A DNA stretch of 41,295 bases from Octopus bimaculoides. Taxonomy: Eukaryota. Position 1 is the stretch's first letter. Each line of letters begins with the position of its first letter. This document shows, piece by piece, positions 21,216 through 33,214 of this stretch. Where the stretch lies: NCBI RefSeq assembly GCF_001194135.2, contig NC_068999.1, positions 30,192,442 to 30,233,736 on the forward strand, written 5' to 3'. Under the pieces are notes generated by a model. That model had not been told where the DNA came from. It saw nothing but the letters and a program-made list of their open reading frames with translations, and ran no database searches. The position numbers and the translations under genes are program-made.

Positions 21216-22040
21216 TAAGGTCACATACATCAACTCTGTCGAATTCTTCCATGTTTATGTCATCACAAATTTCGGTATTGTCCCTAGAGAAGTTGAGTGC
21301 CTTGTATAATAATCTCTCGATACAGAGAGGTAAAAGTTCACTATACTAGATTGTGTAAACCTTGCTCTACTTCTGCCGGCGTTGGTGTTAAACCATGATA
21401 TGATCTCATTGGTATTGCATCACAGGGAGAGGCTAGAGGCTCTCCTAATGGCGGTGCTGATCATTCTGTGCAGGTGTATGCTCAATAAGCCGATCTCCGA
21501 ACTTGCGAAGTTATTAGGCCGACGTTTAGCGTTGGAGATAAAGTTATGTTTGTGGTCCTTAATTGTTATAAAGGCCCTAGCTCGATGCATAATCTAAAAG
21601 CTATTTCTTTGACCTCATTGTTACTGTTATTTTAGGCCTAAAGGGCAACCTTCCTGTTGTTTGTTTGTGTAAATGGACTTATTAATCATTGTCTGCCCTA
21701 TATAAAATGTTAGTATTGTTTGAAAAGACTAAAGCGCTATTAGAATTTTAAAGGTTACAAATGTATACTTTAAGTTTATTCGCATATTCTCGACTTTGAA
21801 ATGGTGTTCAATAGGTCAGCTTCAAACGTTTCCAGTTTCTTAATCTTGATTGAGAATCTTTTATACATGATGCCAAAGTGCATAGTCGTCGAAAAACACT
21901 TTCGATCTCATATTCTTCACCAGGTCGATCATCTCCAGTAGCAGTCTAGTAGAGAACTCGTTAGATGGAGTTGTTATATTCTTTGTAGAGTATGCGAGGT
22001 CATATAGTTCCGTAGTGGTTAAAGGACATTAAATCTTTAA
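21216..22040 (-). mobile_element. Penelope-like element RT, 5' half
   Basis: YSTKNITTPS...KNMRSKVFF, LETFEADLLNTI, NNEVKEIA, AFITIKDHKHNF, SSEIGLLS, NTNEIISWFN, IVNFYLS, KALNFS, MEEFDRVDVCDLI fit PLE RT N-terminal and core motifs. Confidence 0.8.
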
Positions 22041-22086
22041 TGACTATAAAGAGCACACTACTAGTCCCCCACCACCAAGATATGAA

Positions 22087-22120
22087 TATAGGGTGTTTCC
22101 GAAAAAATGAATACACACGT
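22087..22120. mobile_element. Possible Tc1/mariner-type terminal repeat remnant
   Basis: tatagggtgtttccgaaaaaatgaatacacac resembles TA+CAGGGTG-type TIRs; no partner TIR found. Confidence 0.3.
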
Positions 22121-22639
22121 TGAATGCTTATAAAATCGGTGTTTATTAAAATACATTTTCTTTTCAAAATTTGATAAAACCTACTGACAGTTTTTATTTA
22201 TTTTTTTATGAACCCTGCAGAAAACAAAGAGTACGAGGAAAGCTGAACTGGATGGACTTTTCTACGAACTGTATTGCAACATGCCACATTTGTGAGCTAC
22301 TCTCGTGGTATATGTCTACCGCAACTGGCAGCATTCTCAGTTGTGTGAGCCGAGAAAGAGTTAGTCTTGAACAAGGGAAACAAATAATTTTATGTTCATA
22401 ATTGTGGTAAATACCGAGTTAAAGATTTTGATAAATATGTAGGGAGGTCGCTTGACACTACCTGAGTGTCGAAATTGAATCGGTAAATTTTCCCCTAGCT
22501 ATACAGCCGAGGAAAAATGATGTGGATGTCGAGGAACAACGTCGTTTTGTTCAACCTGTGGCCTTGCCAACATTTGATTGACGCATTTTCCTCTTGGTCC
22601 ATAACCCTTCTAGGCTACAAAGAGTTTAAATAAACAAAA

Positions 22640-24400
22640 ATAAGTTACTCCACAAATGACTAGTTACAGTTACAACGGTATAATTTTTTTTCTAGCTGGT
22701 CTATATACTTATAAATACAAGCAGTTCCAAGAAGACCAGACAGAGGCAGAGAGAGAGAGAGAGAAAGCGGTCCTACGTGACAGTCAGCAGCTATGGTGTT
22801 TCACAATACAACTTACCTCTCCTGTCTCTCACTTGTTCACTAGCTCTATTCTTACAAACATTACTCTGTGTATCTCTTTCCTGCTGCTAGAACGACAAGA
22901 ATATGTTAACTTAAGACCATACACTCTCATACAAGAAAATACAACTCTGTTTTACCTGGTAGGCTTTTCGACTGATTTGTTTTATACACACCCGTATTCG
23001 TTAGGAAATGATTATATATAACGGTGCAATAAAATATATGATCTACAACTTCAGTCACGGTCCTTACTCATTGAAGTCCAACACAACGACACCCACATCA
23101 TCTTTCTCTTCTTCAACATAAACAACACCTGTTACATTTGGAGATCCCGACTGAAAAGAATTACAGCCTTCGCTTGAACATTCGTCACAACCTGTTAAAT
23201 TTGTTGATACTGACGCTAAAACGAATTACTACCTTCTTTTCCATCGTACATACACTTTCCAGACCAAGACGTTCCTGCATCCTCTTCTTCTTCTGTGGAC
23301 ATGTCACTACCTCAGGCCGCAATTTCAATAAAAGTGCCACCCTTCTGGTCTTTCGATCCGGCCCTCTGGTTCGCCCACATCCAGGCTCAGTTTGCTTCGA
23401 ACCGAATAGTAAGCGACGCAGCCAAGTTAACTAATTTGATCGGTGCCCTTTGGCCAGAAATAATGATGGCGGTCAGGGACTTGATTATGGCTTCACCAGG
23501 TTCGGTATCTTACGGCACTTCGGAGGGAACTCATTAAGAGGACCTCCGACTCTGAACAATGGCGACTACATCAGCTTTTGATATCCGAAGAGTTGGGGGA
23601 TAAAACTCCGTCGCAGCTCTTGCGACGGATGAAACAACTTCTGGGGGATTATACCTTATCGGATGATACATTTAAACAACTTTTCCTCGAGCGTCTGCCT
23701 TCCAACACACAGATCGTACTGACATCTACCAAAGAATCGGCCTCTATCGATGAACTGGCCGAAGTGGCGGACAGAATCGCTGAGGCGGTTAAACCGTTTT
23801 CAACTATGACCCTGGTAACACTTTCTACAAATCCTTCCACTGTTTCCTCAGATTCCTCCTCCAACTCCCTTTCGTCAGTTAGGCCACTTCCTCGGTTTAT
23901 TTGACTTATATCGTTGATTCATTCCTCACTGCGCTGGACTCCTGTCTCCACTCACCAAGCTTCTCAAGAAACGACGTAAGAAGAATGAAACCATTTCGCT
24001 TACTCCTACTCAAGCCAAAACTTTCGACGCTGTAAAACACTCTCTCTACAGCATCCCTCTTTGCACACCTCCGATGCAAAGCTTTCACTTGTGGTTGATG
24101 CATCAGACACTGCAATCGGTACTATTTTACAATCCTTTCATCAACAACACCCACGCTTCCGTCACATTTACTTCAATCTCATTGGACCCTGGGCCGTTAC
24201 TCTCGGATACACTTTCATTTTTACTCGCTGTCCTGACGCCATGTCGCTAATTCATATTTCTTACACTGTAGTGCGAGCCCTGATATCGGGTTGGTTATCA
24301 CGCTACACTCCGCTCTTACACACACCACTCCATACACGTCATGTCCAAGGGACTTTGCTGGACTCTATGTATATGAACTGGCCTTAAGTGCCTGTCATTT
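22640..24400 (+). mobile_element. Gypsy LTR retrotransposon remnant (putative 5' LTR, PBS, gag, RNase H and integrase scraps)
   Basis: LTR-like end ...gttaca (23136), PBS-like tggagatcccgac (23139-23151); gag IKVPPFWSFDPALWFAHIQAQF and ELGDKTPSQLLRRMKQL...FLERLP; VDASDTAIG; FNLIGP...RALISGWLSRY. The left LTR boundary is approximate. Confidence 0.85.
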
Positions 24401-24660
24401 CCTCATTTGTGTGTACTTGCCTTTTCTTGCATTTGTTATATTGTTTTTCTTGATGCGTTCATGTTTTTCTGTTCGTTTGAATATTTTGCTTTGCATTTAC
24501 GCATGTTTATTTTCGCTTTTCGGGACCCTTTTTATCCTTGTTCATGTGTTTTAACTGTACTATATTAGGTCGTCAAGTATGGAAAACAGTTTGCTAATGT
24601 TTTATAAATACAAGGAATAGTTTTATTCATCAAAGTATGTGCCCATATTGTCAATACATT

Positions 24661-26000
24661 TGTAGTGGCGCGAAATTATAGCCGCCATTGAGGAAGCACT
24701 CAACGAAGCACTCTTCACCACGATGCTATCGATATGATAGCTATTTGCTCCTCTGGCATGCATCAAGGAAGCTCTTAATCTTCCAATACTGATCACCAAT
24801 TAATCAGCGGCTGCTAAGCTGAGTGACACAGGATTTATAAAACCAAGCATCATCAAAAATAAAACTTATTTTTATTATGTTGTTAATCGTTCTACTGCTG
24901 CTTCATATATAATTATGTTGAAAGGTGATAGAGAGAGAGAGACTAATGTCTCTATTGCAACTATCAACCTTTTACACTGGTGACCCTGACGTGATTCTGT
25001 TCATGCAGTTTCTCTTTAATGGCGATTTTTGTGCCAGCTTTAGGACCAACCGTTTTTTCAGTTCTTTCACTACAATTATTTTTCTGTGTCGTCTGTTTTG
25101 TCTTCGACACACAGACTGGTGTGAGGCTATTGTAGTGAAACCTCTCTCTCGGGCATTCAGTCATAAATGATTATCAAGCGGCTAACATCTAGCCTTCGGC
25201 TGCCTTTGACTCGTCTGTCCACCACCCTGATTCGTTTTCACTTGCGCGGAAATTGTCCCCAGTTCTGCTTCGCGCCAGGATGCATACCGTCCAATCGTGG
25301 CCTCCAGATAAGGTCACGTGAGAGAGAGTTTTTCTGGGTTTCCGGTGAGCCCTATTTCATCTATAAATAAGCCCGCTCCAACGACGCCAGTCGTCTTCGA
25401 TTTCAGATCTCTCACAGGTCTGGGCGCTGACCACACACACATACAGAACACAGCTACAGCCAGATTCCAGCGACGACGTCTTCACCACCTATGTACTGAC
25501 TACCACAATGGCGTCGCCAGCAACACCATCACCAACGCATACACCTTTATCATCACCATCACCAACACATACACCTGTGAAAACTCCACCTTCATCGTTG
25601 AGAACTACCACAAGTGAACCCTATGTCACTAGATCTGGCCGTACAGTGCACTGTCCAAAGAAACTCTCCAAGACAATTTATATTTGACTGCATTGTATAT
25701 TATTGCATTTTTCAGCATTCCTTTTGTAAAAAAGGCTCAAACTGTGTTTTTCCCTATTAGTGCTGAACACTCAGACATTTCTTGCACCACTGCATCAATC
25801 ACAAGTAATAAAGGAACTGACCTAATATTTTGTTCGCAAAAATTTCTTTTTACCAACGTTCATACATACACCTGCATGCTTACACTGTCACACTCATGCA
25901 CCACATCATGCCTTTCCCGTTTGTTTCTCATGTTCTCTGCGCCCTTGTAAACACAACTTACCTCTATTGAACCCTTCGTCGGTCACGTATTTAATGGAGG
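24661..26000 (+). mobile_element. Second Gypsy-type LTR (24661-24976, TGTAGT...TTACA) with PBS, followed by integrase C-terminal remnant
   Basis: PBS-like tggtgaccctgacgtga at 24978; downstream IIKRLTSSL, SINKPA and VTRSGRTVHCPKKL resemble Gypsy integrase tails; purine tract ggagggaat near 25997. The integrase part could belong to the upstream element. Confidence 0.65.
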
Positions 26001-26459
26001 GAATTGTTTGTCCTTTACAACGCGCCAGCATGCTACACTTTCGCTACTGCTTATTTTAAGTCATTTAAGACCTCATGCATCGGCTGGCATATTCAGCACC
26101 GCCTCAGTCCCTGGCATAATCAACACTGTATTTGTGATCACTGCACTAGCATACTGCCTCAGCCTTGCATCACATCCATCCACTCTGACAGGTTATACAT
26201 TCTGAATGTTGATTTTTCACTTTGGTTCTGAAATGTTGCATTTTTACCCATTTTTGCTTCATCCGTTTTTGTCATGTATTCATTTGTTTCTGTATAACTG
26301 TATATACATTTTTTTTGCATTTTCTTTGTACATGCGGCAGCATAGACCCTATTTTTCGTGAGAACTTTGTCCTTCACTCATGTTTCTTTCTTAGATGGTT
26401 CGTTTCTTTTTCTTAGAAACTCTCTAGCCGGAGAATAATGTAGAGACCTCTTTGACCCT

Positions 26460-26600
26460 ACCTGAGCTTTTTCATGCCTGGTTGCTGGGAGGTGGGGCAC
26501 CCTTGTATTGAGTACTACATGTTCTTCGTAGCAGGGGGCTCCCAGTGTCATCAGATGCCGAGGCAATTGCCCCCTTCTGCACCCCTAGAAATCCGGACGT
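26460..26600. repeat. Short interspersed repeat; related copy at ~33450-33570
   Basis: tgtattgagt(a/g)ctacat...tagcagg...gatgcc...ggcaattgccc...cccct is shared by both sites. Confidence 0.55.
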
Positions 26601-26899
26601 GTCTCTCTCACTACTTTGTCCCATGCCTTCCTGAGTCTACCCCTTCCACATATCCCCTTCACAACAAAGCATTCGTTTCAATTTTAACCACACCATGGTC
26701 ACAGCAGGTAATATTTTTACCCATAATTTAAGAATTTAATGTGAAATGTGACTAAAGTTTGTTGTAGGAAACTAGTAATAACGGTACACCCCGCGAACGT
26801 GACGAATGGAATAACCTAGTCACTATAAGTAAAGAGAGTACGTAGTAGGTGGTCAGAGATAGTCGTGTCTCCAGAGTTGTCGAGTCGTTTGATTCCCTG

Positions 26900-28335
26900 T
26901 TGTAATTTGCTGTAAGTCGCTTCATATAAATCGCTTGTTGTTTAAATGTTGAAGGTCTACTGTACCTAATTGTTGAATTATCGAAATTGTTGAATTGTTG
27001 TGCGTTACCTGTTGGTTTTTGTTTTCTTCCCCATTTATGGGTGACGTTGTTACTAACGAAGTAATGCAGAGTCAACCAGTTCCAGCCGGTAGTTACGCTG
27101 CAGTAACTGGGAAAAGTTTGACGGCGGATATTTTACAAGTAAAAGAGGTGAAGATATATGAGACAAATTTAAAGAATTTGAACAAACTGATAACGAAGGA
27201 AGGAGAAAGACTGCGGTTGACTCCGTCGAAGGAAGTAGTTGAAAGGACAGAAAAAAGGACAGTAATCTACAGAACTCTGTCTATAGCTACCAAAAGAATT
27301 GAGATAGCTGCAGCGGAGGCAGTGGAAGAATGTATAAAGAAATTAAGAGCCTCACAACGTTTTATATTAGAGGCAAGAAATATGGCACAGTGGAGGTTCG
27401 CTTCGCGAGCGAACAAGAAGCGATAAAGCACTCCACTGTGCCTTTGAGATCGTCTGGGTGGGTACTACTGCCAACCTACTGTGGCAAACGTGCGGCAACA
27501 GTTAGGATTAGTAGAGTGCTCCCGGAAAATGACGAGGCGTGGCTGGTGGTAGCCATCCTCTACAACTCAGAAGAGGAGACGAAAATCCTCAAAATTACAA
27601 GAACAACAGAGGTAAACTGTTGGGGATATGGCCTTGAGGTGACGGTCTAAATCAGTTTACTAGACCTCCACAAAATTGTAGAAGAGGAAATATTACCCAA
27701 CGAGACGAAGGTAAGAGTGGTAGTGGAGGGAAGATCTCCCATATGCTTTCAGTGTGGAGTACGGGGACACATGAAGGCTAAGTGTCACCAAAAACACGAA
27801 GAGGAGGTAATGGAGAAGGAACGGCAAGGAGAGGAAGAGGTTCAAGGCATAGAGTAGCAAAGGCCAGTAGAAAATATGGAAGAAAAGTATATAGTGATGA
27901 AGAGAAAGAAGAGAGAAGAAAACGCGGACTTAACACCAAAAAGTCCCATGAAGAAAAGAAAAGGAAGTGTAGAGGAGAGACTAGGTTTACCAAAAGGAAG
28001 AAAAGCGAACAAGCAGAAAAGAAACGAGATGTCGGCAAAATAAAGCGAGAAAGACGTAGAGAGAAAACAGAGATCGATACAAGCAACTAGCATGGAGGAG
28101 AAAGTAAAAGGGCAGGAAATAAAAGGAAGATAGAAGAGGAATGACAACAATTGAGTGAGATACAAGCAGAGAAGAAAGAGATGGAAACACCAGCAACAGT
28201 AGAAGAGATTAGTGATGGAAATCAGAAAGAAACACTGAAGGGAAAACAATTAAGAACTACGATACAGTACAGAAAAAAATGTGGAGATTGAAAAAAAGAT
28301 CACGCAAATGAAAAATGTAATTAGGGTGAAGTTAG
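26900..28335 (+). mobile_element. Unit F: solitary ORF1-only Tx1-derived element, 3'-truncated; both boundaries approximate
   Basis: ATG 27064 MQSQPVPAGSYAAVTG, TEKRTVIYRTLS, GTVEVRFASEQ, VLLPTYCGKR, CWGYGLEV, CFQCGVRGHMKAKC, and C-terminal IEKKITQMKNVIRVKL as in units A-D. Confidence 0.85.
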
Positions 28336-28639
28336 GGCCCACTGAGTACAATGAAGGATTAAAAGCAGTTTTGCATGTAAAACATTCAATTTGGAACCAT
28401 TCAGAGCAAACAGTTCAGTATCATTTGAGCTTGGTCTATTAGATAAGAGTGCTGTATTATCTGCGGAGTCCATATCTGTGATGGTTACTGCTGGCACTCA
28501 TGATCATTACTGATCTATGATGAAACCAAGGATCATGCATTGCATAATCCAATACAGATACAAACAAATATGGTGCAGGTGTATCTCCTTGTAGCACCCC
28601 AACTAGTATTTGAAAGAATTTAGAGCACTAAAAATTGAC

Positions 28640-29170
28640 TGAAAGAGGGAAAAGCTGCTGGCCCTGATGAACTTTACTCTAAAGTTATCAAAAGGTGCAA
28701 TCTGGATTAAATAATACTGGATTTGTGAATAAGCTTTTGCAGAACCAAGAAAGTCCAGATCAGTGGTTTGAGATTAACTTGATGCCAATTCCAGTGTCAG
28801 GAAACCTCAGCAATGAAACTAACTACAGAGGAATTGTACTGTCCAATATCTCACTCAAAGTCATCAACCGAATGATCCTCAACGGGATTTAACAGGTCCT
28901 TCATAGCCTTGTAAGACCAAATCAAAATGGATTTAGACCAGGGAGAGCCAAAACATTTCAGATCTTAGCCCTGGAGCATATCATAGGAGTTCAATCAGGA
29001 CAGCTACCTGCCATTATAACCTTCATGAACTTCATTGTTTCAAAATATTGAAAATCTTTCAAGCATATGGCATTTCAGAAGAACTAGTTCTTGCTATTGC
29101 AAAGACCTATGTGAAAATCAGAACTCGTATGTTGTCATCTGTTGGAGAAATGGAATTCTTTCAGAATAGC
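28640..29170 (+). mobile_element. RTE-clade LINE RT fragment
   Basis: KAAGPDE, PDQWFEINLMPIPVSGNLSNETNYRGIVLS...KVINRMILN, PNQNGFRPGR, KIFQAYGISEELVLAI. Confidence 0.85.
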
Positions 29171-29689
29171 TGTCCCGTATATGTTGGAATTACACAAATT
29201 TTGTCACGATTTTCTCATCATACCTTTGGAACAGCAACTACTAAAATGATATATTTTTCTTTTTCGTAATTTTTTGTCATTTTATCATATTCTACATTCT
29301 GAAACATTTGTAACTCGCATCAAAGAAAAAAATCTTACTCCCTCTTCCCTACTTCATTGTACTTTTCACAATAAACGAAAAGTCAAACATTGCAAGTGAA
29401 TGTGTGAGAAAAAATTTTAATTTTGAAAAATGTATCTATAAAGCGATATTTTCAGTCATTTATTTAAACTTTCTCTGCTACCTCGTCAAATACAATTACA
29501 TGCGATAGATGGGTTTTGAGATATGAATTTGCTAATTTTCCAAAATTTTAAATCTTGTGCATGAGGGATCCCACCGAATTTCAAGTATCCGCCACTCCCA
29601 TGGTTTAAATCCAATCCTGAAGAAAGTGTTTTCAGACACTGGGCATCACAGAGAGAATGACAGAGGACTGAGACTTCTGGCTATTTGCT

Positions 29690-30012
29690 GTGCTTGAGAC
29701 TACACATCAAGCTAAGTGAAATCATGGTTGTCCCTGTGTTCTTCTTCAGTTGAGCATCCCTAATCTTGCAGACTTATGGGTGCTGGTACCATGTAAAAAT
29801 CACCCATACTAGTGCTACATAAATGCACCTATGCCGGTGCTGCATAAACGCATCCAGTACACTCAGTAAAGTGGTTGGTGTTAGAAAAGTCATCTAGCTG
29901 TAAAAACCAGGCCAAAACCAACATGGAACCTGGGCAGCTCTTCAGTTGGCCAGCTCTTGTCAAACTATCCAACCCATGCCAGCATGGAAAACAGATACTA
30001 AATGTTGATGAT
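29690..30012 (+). mobile_element. SINE-like repeat, 3' portion
   Basis: Ends caacccatgccagcatggaaaacagatactaaatgttgatga; a similar tail (gccagcatggaaggtggacgttaaacaatgatgatg) is at ~31425-31470. Confidence 0.6.
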
Positions 30013-30307
30013 TGTTTACCCTGGGTCAGATTTTGTAGTGAGGCTCAGGAATTCAGGAGTTTTGGTAAATATGGTGCTACTCCTTACTCCATCACTGCTC
30101 CCATGTTTGTTCTAACCTGGGTCGGTAGTTACTTTTTAGTTACCCCATTTATAGATCAAATGGCAGAAGATGGACCTGTGGCTAAACTATACAGAACTAG
30201 GAGAACTGGCCTTGAAACATGGATCCTACAGGCTCACTGGTATGTGAACATGGTCTAATATCATGTGAACCAGTTTCCCTACCTAATATTGAAACAGGCC
30301 CTTTGCC

Positions 30308-30501
30308 TTAACCCTTTAGTATTTAACCAATCATTCTACCTGTTTTATGTCCGAACTATCCAGATCTGGCTTCTCACACTTACCCTATAATGTCATTTTG
30401 AAAGTAAACTATTGCATCGTCAAAATCTCAGAGCGTGATTAATTCAAGGCATAATAAATAAGCTTTAGTTTGATAGAATAATTTGAATGCTAAATGGTTA
30501 A
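30308..30501. mobile_element. piggyBac-type MITE (TTAA-flanked)
   Basis: TTAA-ccctttagtatt ... aatgctaaatgg-TTAA; TIRs match 10/12. Confidence 0.7.
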
Positions 30502-31719
30502 GGGTAAGTTCAAGGAAGCAGGAGACTTGTTGGGTAAACTATAAATAACCTCAATAAACTGACAGAAAGCAATGCAAACCACTGCTGTATCTTGCCCACA
30601 AAAAGTCTTGAATCCTCACACTTTGGCATAAAGTTCCATGATCGTTGATTCCTACAGATTTGGTATATGAAAACAGAAAAGCTTGTTGTGGAATTTTATA
30701 CATAAGGAGCATAAACAAGATGTTCAAAACACTTTTCATACCATTTTTATTCTCAGTATAAAATATTTAATTACTGAAACTCTACAGAAGACTGAGAAAT
30801 TGAGTAAAGAATCACATATTGTCAATGTATTTATATCTTGAAAGTCTTAGAAGGAGGTTTTTTTTCTTGGATATCAATAAACGATACTTGTATGATGTGA
30901 TATTTAACTGATTATCAGTTGATGTAATCTGCGGTCTACACTTGTAGAATAATAAAACTATTTTTGTGAGTTTATTAACTTTATTCAGAAAAGTGATTTT
31001 AATTTGCCTCTTTTTCACAATTCTTGAAGTAGCATTTTGCACCCCCAACTGTGTGGACACCCAGGTTGTAAGATCCAAGTAGTACAGAAATGCCCTTTTT
31101 TTAGTGTTTTTACTCATGTCACTTATCCCCAGAATATCTCTCTGATTGAGCTGATCCAACGTCAAAAGTGTTTCAGCTATGACCCTATATCTAGGATTTG
31201 GTTCAAGGGAGATTTCACTGCTATTTCTGTTTGTCTTTCTGTGTGTACATGTCCATGCAAATACACATAAAATACGCATTGTGTTTATTTGTGTATAACT
31301 AAAACCACACAACAATGCTAAATACACACACTTATGATAGAAGTGAACAAACAATGTTGATATGTTGTTTAGTGTAATAACTGAGTGTAGTCTTGACCAT
31401 GATAAATCTTTGTGATTAATGCAGGCGAGCCAGCATGGAAGGTGGACGTTAAACAATGATGATGATGATGATATATCATCATTATATATTCCAGAGAGTT
31501 AAACTAATACATCCATTTGTTGTTTACACCACCTGTCTTCGTCTGTTGTTTTTTTTCGTAAATTCTCCCATATATATACATATATATATATATCTTCACA
31601 CAGGCATACATGATTGCATATGTGGATGTGGTGTATGTACAGGTGTTGTTATTGCTACATGCACCAACTCACATATGCACCTGAACATCTGCCACATACA
31701 AATACTAACTTCCTAGTTA

Positions 31720-32260
31720 ACCTGCCTTTGATATTGCTGTACCTCTTATGTGTCCATAGCTTGCACTAGGTACATCTTATAGAGTTTCTACCTACACCTT
31801 TTTCTACAGATCGAGCAGGGCAATCTACCTGAAGGGGTTTGTGTTTTGTCTACCTTCCTACTTATTAGGACTTTGGTTTTAGCTAGGTTGACTCTAAGGC
31901 CCTTCGATTCTAGTCCTTGCTTCCACACCTGAAACTTCTCCTCTAGTTCTGATAGTGACTCAGCAATTAGTGCAAGGTTACCAGCAGAGAGGAGCTCCCA
32001 AGGCCTTCCTATCTTGAATTCCTCTATTATCGCCTGAATAAATAGGAGGAGGCTGAGGACAGAACCTTGGTGGACCCCTACCTCTACCCGGAATTCTTCG
32101 CTGTACTCATTGCTAACCCTCACCTTACTGATAGCATCTCTGTACATGCCTCGCACAGCTCTCACTAACCATTCTTCTATCCCTAGTTTCCTCATTGACC
32201 ACTAGATAAGGGATCGGGGGACCCTGTCAAACGCTTTCTCCATGTCAACGAAAGCCAGGT
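31720..32260 (-). mobile_element. RTE-clade LINE RT fragment
   Basis: KAFDRVP, MRKLGIEEWLVRAVRGMY, VGVHQGSVLSLLLF, PWELLSAGNLALIAES, GLRVNLAKTKVL. Confidence 0.9.
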
Positions 32261-32342
32261 ACCCCACCCCTGCACATTCCTACCCCACAATCCCTATATG
32301 TCCCTTTCCACTCCACCCCACCCATACATTTCACTCCCACAT

Positions 32343-32431
32343 ANNNNNNNNNNNNNNNNNNNNNNNNNNNNNNNNNNNNNNNNNNNNNNNNNNNNNNNNN
32401 NNNNNNNNNNNNNNNNNNNNNNNNNNNNNNN
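32343..32431. other. Assembly gap within a degenerate CA/CAC-rich tract; other gaps at 36493-37163 and 39401-39500
   Basis: Runs of N flanked by simple repeats. Confidence 0.95.
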
Positions 32432-33169
32432 CCCCGCTCCTACCAACACCCAAACGCACACCCCACCCTTTCCTCCCCCACACTTCAACACCACCACACC
32501 ACATACCATCACACCACACCTCACACCACCATACCACACGACACCACATCACACCACCCACCACACACTAGCACTGACCACTTCCCAGCACCCATACCAT
32601 CATCCACACACCTACACATGCACACACACACGTCAAGGTCACCAGACCCTATCCACACGCACATACACGCTCTCACATGCACACATACGCTCACCTTCAT
32701 TTTGGGATCACCACTACTTTCTTTTCTTTCCCCTTCTTTGTAGCTCTCCTGTCTGGCCATCTCTGTCCGGCATTCGCCATGATCGATCGCTAGCCACTAA
32801 ACCATTTTTATTTTCTCTCTCTGCTTATTTCTGTGTTCCTTTCTGTTGAAGATGTAGGCTCGAAACTTAAAAGACTTTCTCACTTCCCGAGCGTTAAACT
32901 AATACGTCTGTTTGTTGTTTACACACCCATCTTCGTCTTTTGTTTTCTTTTTGTTGTACATTCCAACAATATATGTGTATGCCTATTTATGTGTGTGTGT
33001 GCGCGCATATGTGTGTGTGTGCGTGTGTATGTGTGCGTGTGTATGTGTGCGTGTGTGTGTGTCTTTAATGCCCGGTGGTCAATTGAAAGAAGGAATTTGA
33101 ACTAGAGATGATAACTTCTTTATTCAATCTCTTTACCTTTATATACATCCATATTCTCTCTCTGTCACA

Positions 33170-33214
<45 letters not shown>

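Noticed and set aside
30551-31456. Possible host exons, including the 214-aa minus-strand ORF at 30812-31456
   Set aside because: The translation lacks recognisable motifs and looks like AT-rich chance sequence; needs RNA-seq or homology evidence.
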